Of a stretch of 33,555 bases of DNA, positions 28,162 through 33,555 are shown in pieces. Source of the stretch: a virus (taxonomy: Duplodnaviria; Caudoviricetes); IMG/VR virus record IMGVR_UViG_3300020045_007906, positions 1 through 33,555 of that record. The stretch is one strand, 5' to 3'. The notes beneath the pieces are model-generated. The model was not told where the DNA came from. It was given only the letters and a program-made list of their open reading frames with translations, and ran no database searches. Position 1 is the first letter of the stretch, and every line of letters begins with the position of its first letter. The position numbers and the translations under genes were made by a program.

Positions 28162-28421
28162 GTGGCAGTAGATTGACTGGAAAAACAAACGTGATGATTT
28201 TATCAATGATTCCCGAATTACAAAAAGGTGGTAAAGTTGGAGTTGCGGGTTGTACCGACCCGAAAGATATTACTGAACGACTAAAAGCAAAAGGTATCGA
28301 AGTAAAAAGCGAACCAATGATTAGAAAAGGACAAGCACAAGCAATATATGACGATGAAGGAATTATTGGTTTTAAAAATAGTGATGATGTGCAGACAGGA
28401 TTTCTGTTCTATTGCCACTAA
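28107..28421 (+). CDS. Cassette 16: hypothetical protein
   Basis: Starts inside H16; P-loop-like GSRLTGKT; stop in TAAC. Confidence 0.6.
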   Translation: MTDISKNAELQQSCITAVSGSRLTGKTNVMILSMIPELQKGGKVGVAGCTDPKDITERLKAKGIEVKSEPMIRKGQAQAIYDDEGIIGFKNSDDVQTGFLFYCH

Positions 28422-28547
28422 CGTATCGTGGCTTGAAGATGTTAGGGATTTATACGCCTAAATAATGATAGTAAGCCTAAATAAAAGCAAGTGCAAGCCA
28501 ATAAATAAATAAGCCAAAATACCCTAATATCTTTCAAACCACTGTTA
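28419..28547 (+). repeat. attC-like hairpin H17
   Basis: GTGGCTTGAAGATGTTAGGG...CCCTAATATCTTTCAAACCAC. Confidence 0.85.
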
Positions 28548-28581
28548 TAAGTAGTACGGATAATTAAACAAAAACGAAATT

Positions 28582-28764
28582 ATGGAAACAATAAATTTTA
28601 ATGAGTTTTGCAGAAGCAAAGAATGTCCTGAGTTTATAGAGTGGGATTGTGGCGAAGGAATTTGCACAAGTTGTAAAAAAATAGGGCAATCATATTTTAT
28701 AAATGAATATCCTAAAGATTGCAATTTTATAAGCGAAATAGTTGATTATGAAAATGAGTCATAG
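28582..28764 (+). CDS. Cassette 17: Cys-rich hypothetical protein
   Basis: ORF track, 60 aa. Confidence 0.6.
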   Translation: METINFNEFCRSKECPEFIEWDCGEGICTSCKKIGQSYFINEYPKDCNFISEIVDYENES

Positions 28765-28773
28765 TATTACTTA

Positions 28774-28892
28774 TAACGGCCGGTGCTTGGTGCAGTTGCC
28801 GAAACGAAAAAGTTGAACTGAAAAACTAAACGAATTATGAAAGATAAAATTTCAATCGAAGATGATACGGCAATTGCTCCAAGCACTTGTTA
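28774..28892 (+). repeat. attC-like hairpin H18
   Basis: GTGCTTGGTGCAGTTGCCG...CGGCAATTGCTCCAAGCAC; related to the orphan site at 12368-12493. Confidence 0.85.
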
Positions 28893-29817
28893 TGCCTCGC
28901 TTACTCACGGATCGTTGTTTTCTGGAATTGGCGGTTTTGATTTAGCATCCGAGTGGATGGGATGGGAAAATGTATTTCATTGCGAATGGAATGATTTTGG
29001 AAAACGAATTTTAAAATATTATTGGCCAAATGCTATAAGTTATGATGACATCACAAAAACAGATTTCACTATTCACAGAGGAAAAATTGACATTCTTACC
29101 GGAGGATTTCCTTGCCAACCATATTCATCAGCAGGGAAAAGAAAAGGAAAGGAGGATGAACGCCATTTGTGGCCGGAAATGCTTAGAGCAATTCGAGAGA
29201 TTCAACCGACCTGGATTGTGGGCGAAAACGTTCGTGGCCTTACTGATTGGAATGGAGGACTGGTATTCGATGAAGTGCAAGCTAACTTGGAAAATGAAGG
29301 CTACGAAGTCACACCGTTTTTACTTCCAGCTTGTGCCGTCAACGCCCCGCACAGACGTGATAGAATATGGTTTGTGGCCTACTCCAACAAGCGTGCAAAG
29401 AGATCATCCGGAAAGAGTGGAGAAATTGAAAGCAACTGGAGCAAAAACAATGATGAGCCGAAAAGCAGGAGAAAACAGACCGAACAGCATTCTGGATATG
29501 GCAATGTTTGTAAATCTAATTCCAACACCAACAACCAGGGATTACAAAGGAGCGAGAACATCGGAAGCATTGGAAAAAGCAAAGAGAACAGAAACGAATT
29601 CTTTGCCGGATTACTTCCATCAAACTGGGAAAAGTTCCCAACTAAATCCCCAATTTGTAATGGAAATGATGGGTTTCCCACCGAACTGGACGGAATTACC
29701 ATTTCTAAATGGAGAACCGAAAGCATTAAAGGGGGAGGAAACGCAATAGTTCCCCAAGTAGCGTTACAGATATTCAAGGCTGTCGCTATGCACAATGCTT
29801 CTTTAAGTGAGGCATAA
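28837..29817 (+). CDS. Cassette 18: C5 cytosine DNA methyltransferase (alpha-type subunit)
   Basis: Motifs I FSGIGG, IV GFPCQ, VI ENV, VIII HRRDRIW, X GNAIVP; no motif IX in this frame. Confidence 0.9.
   Translation: MKDKISIEDDTAIAPSTCYASLTHGSLFSGIGGFDLASEWMGWENVFHCEWNDFGKRILKYYWPNAISYDDITKTDFTIHRGKIDILTGGFPCQPYSSAGKRKGKEDERHLWPEMLRAIREIQPTWIVGENVRGLTDWNGGLVFDEVQANLENEGYEVTPFLLPACAVNAPHRRDRIWFVAYSNKRAKRSSGKSGEIESNWSKNNDEPKSRRKQTEQHSGYGNVCKSNSNTNNQGLQRSENIGSIGKSKENRNEFFAGLLPSNWEKFPTKSPICNGNDGFPTELDGITISKWRTESIKGGGNAIVPQVALQIFKAVAMHNASLSEA
29042..29749 (+). CDS. Nested +1-frame methyltransferase beta-type subunit (start uncertain)
   Basis: 235-codon frame inside the MTase ending in QLNPQFVMEMMGFPPNWT (motif IX-like), with LWPTPT/LIPTPT repeats. 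Confidence 0.7.
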   Translation: MMTSQKQISLFTEEKLTFLPEDFLANHIHQQGKEKERRMNAICGRKCLEQFERFNRPGLWAKTFVALLIGMEDWYSMKCKLTWKMKATKSHRFYFQLVPSTPRTDVIEYGLWPTPTSVQRDHPERVEKLKATGAKTMMSRKAGENRPNSILDMAMFVNLIPTPTTRDYKGARTSEALEKAKRTETNSLPDYFHQTGKSSQLNPQFVMEMMGFPPNWTELPFLNGEPKALKGEETQ

Positions 29818-29869
29818 CTACTATATGTAAATAAAATGTATCAACACTAATAAAAATAACACTTGCCAA
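29805..29869. other. Putative attI-like primary recombination site
   Basis: Last cassette ends GAGGCATAAC, followed by TAC and no hairpin; recombinase ATG is ~50 bp downstream. Confidence 0.65.
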
Positions 29870-30673
29870 ATGGAAATTCCTAAGTACCTTACTTTATATA
29901 GGAAAGAATTAGAATTAAAAATCTATTCCGAAAACACGATGAAAAATTACATTTCACAAGTAGATTTGTTTTTGCGTGGACATAATCATTTATTTACAGA
30001 GCCTTCAAAAATTAACGAAGCAGCTATTAAAACGTGGCTGCTTCAATTTAAGACAAGAAATTCAATGTGTCATAGTATTTCAGCTTTAAAGTTGTTTTAT
30101 AAAATGGTAATCAAACAACCAATGAAATTCCGTTACATTGAATACCCCAGATCAGAAAAGAAGTTGCCAAAAATCATTGAAAAAGAATTTCTATTATCTC
30201 AACTTGAAAAAATATCCAATACCAAACACAAGGCATTGCTCACAATGACTTATTCTACAGGCATGAGGGTTTCTGAGGTTATTAATCTTTTAATATCGGA
30301 TATAGACAGTAAACGTATGGTTATTTTTATTCGGAATTCAAAAGGAAATAAAGATAGGATTGTTCCGTTGAGTCAGAAAGTTTTAGATTTATTACGTATT
30401 TATTTTACTGAATACCATCCAAAAGAATATTTATTTAACGGTCAGTTTGATTTACAGTATTCATCTACGAGTTGCAATCAATTAGTCAAAAAATACATTG
30501 GCAAAGAATATCACATGCACTTGCTTCGACATTCGAATGCTACGGCGTTATTAGAAGCCGGAACTGATCTTAGATATATTCAGAAACATTTAGGACATTC
30601 CAACGTTAAAACTACGGAGATTTATTGCCACGTTTCAACGGCTATGCTTTCCAAATTAAATTTACCCGTTTAA
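29870..30673 (+). CDS. Tyrosine recombinase (IntI/XerD-related), putative cassette integrase
   Basis: YSENTMKNY N-terminal SAM-like domain; GMRVSE, KGNKDRIVPL, HLLRHS, LGHSNVKTTEIY catalytic motifs; no IntI-specific insertion visible. Confidence 0.9.
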   Translation: MEIPKYLTLYRKELELKIYSENTMKNYISQVDLFLRGHNHLFTEPSKINEAAIKTWLLQFKTRNSMCHSISALKLFYKMVIKQPMKFRYIEYPRSEKKLPKIIEKEFLLSQLEKISNTKHKALLTMTYSTGMRVSEVINLLISDIDSKRMVIFIRNSKGNKDRIVPLSQKVLDLLRIYFTEYHPKEYLFNGQFDLQYSSTSCNQLVKKYIGKEYHMHLLRHSNATALLEAGTDLRYIQKHLGHSNVKTTEIYCHVSTAMLSKLNLPV

Positions 30674-31824
30674 AAGTCCGGAGATTTATCTATAACTTCT
30701 TTACGATTTATTTCGTCTTGGTTCGTTAAATATATCAATGTAGTTTCTTTTTCTGAGTGGCCGAAAACTCCTTTTATCGCATCTAAACTTATTCCTGCTG
30801 CCGATTTTTTGTTCCCGCCGTATTTCTTAATAGAATACATTGTGTGATCTATTTTCAGTTTTATCTTTACAATTGTTTCCCATCTTCTTGTAGCTGTATC
30901 TCGGCTTAAATGAGTTGGACCCGGAATGAAATCTTCGTATTTGCCTATATTTCCTTTACCAGGTTCTCTGAAACTGCCAAACAAGAAATAGTCTTTTGGC
31001 AAGTTCCGGAAGTTCATTCTTTCTAAATCCTCTTTTAAGAATTTATTTATGGGAAGCGTTCTGTACTTTTTACGACTTTTGGTGTTTTTAGGGATTAGTG
31101 TAATCAAATCATTATCCATATCAATCATAGAAAGTCTAATTAATAATATTTCTTCAGGCCTAATTCCTAGATGATAAATTAATGAAATGTAATTATAAAA
31201 ATTTGGATGGTTTTTAGTTAGTTCATTTTTAATTACTTCCATTTGTTTATCAGACGGCGGTTGGTTCGCTATGCTATCCTCTACAGGCATGGTTTTAATA
31301 TTCAATGCTGGATTATCCTCAATAACTTCCCATTGTATTAATTCGCTTAAAATAGCTTTTAAATGATTTAGCCTTTTATTATAAGACTTATTGCTTGCGT
31401 TGTTTGTAGTTTTTACTTTTTCAAGTATCAATTTCAAGTGCATTCTTTTTGTTTCGGATATTTTTAAAAACTCTAAACTGAGTTCTTTTACGGAGCCTTC
31501 AATGAAGTTTATAGAAGTGTTATATTCTGAGTAGGTTTTCTTAGATATACTTTCTTTTTTCTTCTCAATAGAAAATTTTAAAGCCTCAATAATAAACATA
31601 TCGTTTTGAAGTTGTACTCCTTGAGGGAGGTTTGGATTAAATCCATTTTTAAGATCAATCAACAAAGCTTTACACACATCATTGTATTCAGATTCTCTAA
31701 CTTTAAGATCTTCTATTTTATTTAATCCATAGGTGTCTCTAAATTGAATTCCTTCATAACGATAATGAACATACCAATACTTAGAACTTTTATTTAATTT
31801 CGGGATTGTAAATTTACTTTTCAT
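30670..31824 (-). CDS. int: Phage integrase (tyrosine recombinase with N-terminal arm-binding domain)
   Basis: 384 aa; WYVHYRY N-terminus, GIRPEE, FGHS...TTLIY; adjacent to attP-like site and repressor. Confidence 0.85.
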   Translation of the reverse strand: MKSKFTIPKLNKSSKYWYVHYRYEGIQFRDTYGLNKIEDLKVRESEYNDVCKALLIDLKNGFNPNLPQGVQLQNDMFIIEALKFSIEKKKESISKKTYSEYNTSINFIEGSVKELSLEFLKISETKRMHLKLILEKVKTTNNASNKSYNKRLNHLKAILSELIQWEVIEDNPALNIKTMPVEDSIANQPPSDKQMEVIKNELTKNHPNFYNYISLIYHLGIRPEEILLIRLSMIDMDNDLITLIPKNTKSRKKYRTLPINKFLKEDLERMNFRNLPKDYFLFGSFREPGKGNIGKYEDFIPGPTHLSRDTATRRWETIVKIKLKIDHTMYSIKKYGGNKKSAAGISLDAIKGVFGHSEKETTLIYLTNQDEINRKEVIDKSPDF

Positions 31825-32019
31825 TTTGTGTAAAAATTGTGTAAAAAACAGTCATAAAAAAACGGGAAGCCTTTATTTGTAGGGCTTCCCGAATTCAAGC
31901 GGAGAAAGAGGGAAACGCCGACGTCCTGTTTTTATAATTTTAATCCTTATTTTACAAGGCTTCTGTGTTATACAGGTTAGTGTTTATTTTAGGTTTTTGT
32001 GTAAAAATTGTGTAAAAAA
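31824..32019. other. attP-like region: tRNA-Ser-like core flanked by arm repeats
   Basis: Minus-strand TCCCTCTTTCTCCGC (31899-31913) resembles a tRNA-Ser 3' end; identical 25-bp TTTTGTGTAAAAATTGTGTAAAAAA at 31824-31848 and 31995-32019. Confidence 0.7.
31856..31891 (-). terminator. Intrinsic terminator downstream of the att core
   Basis: CGGGAAGCC...GGCTTCCCG stem followed by T7 on the minus strand. Confidence 0.75.
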
Positions 32020-32035
32020 TATATCTTAATTTAGG

Positions 32036-32416
32036 CTAACGGAATATCTTTAACTCCAATCTAGTTATCTTCTCTCTTAATAATTCATTCTCGGTCATAT
32101 ACATCTCAGAAGTCTTAGTTTTCTCTACAATCAAATCTTTTAATGTTCTTATGTGGTCTTTAAGCACCTCTATATCTTCAAGTAAAATTTTGTTGTTTTC
32201 CAATAAAACAGCCTCTTTTTTATCGTTATTAGTTTTACCAGAAATCCCTATCCCGTTTGAAAGCATTAACTCTAAAAGGCTTGCTTTTGTTTTAGGAATC
32301 ATCTTTCCCTGCTCGTAATTTATTACGGTTCTTTTATCTACTCCAATTAATTTACCAAACTCTTCCTGCGTGAGTTTTAAATTTTTTCTGATATTTATTA
32401 CATCTAATGAATTCAT
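32036..32416 (-). CDS. CI-like XRE repressor
   Basis: IRKNLKLTQEEFGKLIGVDKRTVINYEQG HTH; divergent from cro-like gene. Confidence 0.8.
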   Translation of the reverse strand: MNSLDVINIRKNLKLTQEEFGKLIGVDKRTVINYEQGKMIPKTKASLLELMLSNGIGISGKTNNDKKEAVLLENNKILLEDIEVLKDHIRTLKDLIVEKTKTSEMYMTENELLREKITRLELKIFR

Positions 32417-32451
32417 ATTCAGTTATTTATAGATTAATAATGATTTATTTA

Positions 32452-32517
32452 GTGAAATAAATTACTTTTTATTTGCATAATGAAATATTACACATTACTT
32501 TTGGTGAAATATTTCAC
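32452..32517. promoter_or_regulatory. Putative operators of the lysis/lysogeny switch
   Basis: Perfect palindrome GTGAAATATTTCAC (32504-32517) plus degenerate copies near 32452 and 32480. Confidence 0.65.
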
Positions 32518-32555
32518 ATTTAAAGAAATATACTAATCAAATTTAACTATAAAAT

Positions 32556-32762
32556 ATGACATTCACACAAGAATTTGAAGAAAAAATTAAAAAAGATGAA
32601 ATTAAGATGAAATTAGCCCTAAAACTAGGGGTGTCTTATTCATCAATGCTCCGTAGGCTTAACATTTCTAAGCACGATGAAATAACAAAACCTAAATATT
32701 TAAAGGTTTTAAGTGAGGTAACTGGGCTTTTAGAAAGTGAAATATTTACCAAAAATGAGTAA
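32556..32762 (+). CDS. Cro-like HTH protein
   Basis: LALKLGVSYSSMLRRL; divergent from repressor. Confidence 0.65.
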   Translation: MTFTQEFEEKIKKDEIKMKLALKLGVSYSSMLRRLNISKHDEITKPKYLKVLSEVTGLLESEIFTKNE

Positions 32763-32973
32763 AATTTCACATTTAGAAAAAATCAGGAAAGGAAATAGTG
32801 TAAAAACTCCTAAAATAGAAAGTGAATATTTGACATCCGACAAAGAATATGTAATCGAGAAAGTTTTTATCGATGGAGCATTTTTAATCACAGATGATAC
32901 TGGACAAAAATTATTCTGTAAACTTTTAGAATGTGGTCACTTAGACGGAAAAAATTGGAATCTTATTAATTAG
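32737..32973 (+). CDS. Hypothetical protein (start probably ATG 32755)
   Basis: ORF track. Confidence 0.55.
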   Translation: MKYLPKMSKISHLEKIRKGNSVKTPKIESEYLTSDKEYVIEKVFIDGAFLITDDTGQKLFCKLLECGHLDGKNWNLIN

Positions 32974-32976
32974 ATC

Positions 32977-33162
32977 ATGGAATACACAATTAATCTTAAC
33001 GAACAACAAGTTGAACTTCTTAAATCGATTTTCGTACAAATTGAACCTAAAACTTTAATTGTTCCTCCAGCTACTAAAGTTAAGAAACTTAATAAAACTG
33101 ATAAAGCTATGCAGACTATCAGAGAATACCGAGCGAATAAAGAAGCTAAAAAAAGAAGATAA
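32977..33162 (+). CDS. Hypothetical protein
   Basis: ORF track, 61 aa. Confidence 0.55.
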   Translation: MEYTINLNEQQVELLKSIFVQIEPKTLIVPPATKVKKLNKTDKAMQTIREYRANKEAKKRR

Positions 33163-33179
33163 CCTTTTAATCAGCCATT

Positions 33180-33452
33180 ATGAATTTATCAACTCCCACT
33201 ACGAATAAAGCAGAAATATTATATACACTGATTGAGAAAGGAAGTGTTTCTATTAAAGACTTTCCATACCTATCCGGATTCAGAACCCGTATCAGTGAAT
33301 TAGTCAACGATGACGGTATTCAAATGCTGCATATCAGTTCTACAGGTGTAAATAAGTTTGGAAACTCCTATACATTCAAAGAGCATGTGCTTCCATTTGA
33401 ATTGAGAGATTCGGCCATTATCAAGTACGACTACATTAATACAAAATCTTAA
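33180..33452 (+). CDS. Winged-HTH-like protein
   Basis: ILYTLIEKGSVS...GFRTRISEL...G. Confidence 0.6.
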   Translation: MNLSTPTTNKAEILYTLIEKGSVSIKDFPYLSGFRTRISELVNDDGIQMLHISSTGVNKFGNSYTFKEHVLPFELRDSAIIKYDYINTKS

Positions 33453-33454
33453 TT

Positions 33455-33555
33455 ATGGAAAAATTACAATACGGAGATGTATTCTCCGCAGACTTTTCAG
33501 AAAACACAATCACTTTTGAAATGAAGGAATCTTTTACTATTTGCGGAGGAGAATT
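33455..33555 (+). CDS. Partial hypothetical protein
   Basis: ATG 33455, open to window end. Confidence 0.45.
   Translation, partial: MEKLQYGDVFSADFSENTITFEMKESFTICGGE

Larger units (their letters stand above)
20834..29818 (+). mobile_element. Integron-like array of 18 hairpin-delimited gene cassettes
   Basis: 18 YAAC...GTTR imperfect inverted repeats of 118-130 bp; each cassette's ends are reverse complements over ~10-15 nt; adjacent tyrosine recombinase. Confidence 0.9.

Noticed and set aside
16322-29795. ORFs 16322-16525, 17366-17569, 20268-20546, 22795-23043, 24018-24239, 24114-24296, 29379-29795
   Set aside because: Overlap real genes or cross cassette boundaries; no motif support, unlike 29042-29749
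20834-29818. CRISPR array or REP/terminator repeats
   Set aside because: Repeats are not identical direct repeats, the intervening segments are whole ORFs of 0.2-1 kb, loops are long (~70-80 nt), there are no U-tracts and no cas genes
29870-30673. Calling the gene intI or xerD
   Set aside because: IntI-like box motifs are present, but the protein is only 267 aa with no visible IntI-specific insertion; context is not chromosomal xer/dif
31899-31913. Complete tRNA gene
   Set aside because: Only ~15 nt resembling a 3' end; adjacent sequence does not form a T-arm or cloverleaf

Overview
AT-rich segment of a temperate siphovirus-like phage, most likely of a Flavobacterium/Bacteroidota host (TAnnTTTG-type promoters, DUF3127-like SSB). 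Layout: tail module (1-9771), lysis genes (9784-11154), early/accessory genes (11171-20829), a ~9 kb cassette array (20834-29818) ending at a 267-aa tyrosine recombinase, a second 384-aa phage integrase, an attP-like site matching a tRNA-Ser 3' end, and a cI/cro-like switch. Main discovery: an integron-like system. Eighteen 118-130 bp AAC...GTT hairpin sites of differing sequence each precede a 1-3 ORF cassette, and each cassette's two ends are reverse complements of each other. The array ends at a hairpin-less attI-like site ~50 bp upstream of a recombinase that lacks the IntI-specific insertion. ORFs point toward the recombinase and several start inside the hairpin loop. Also found: an orphan cassette on the minus strand (11941-12493), an apparent ~2.9 kb inversion splitting a PAPS-reductase-like gene, a C5 methyltransferase with a nested alternative-frame subunit, and a kissing-loop leader shared by both HNH genes. 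All functional calls come from motif recognition by eye; no database searches were run.
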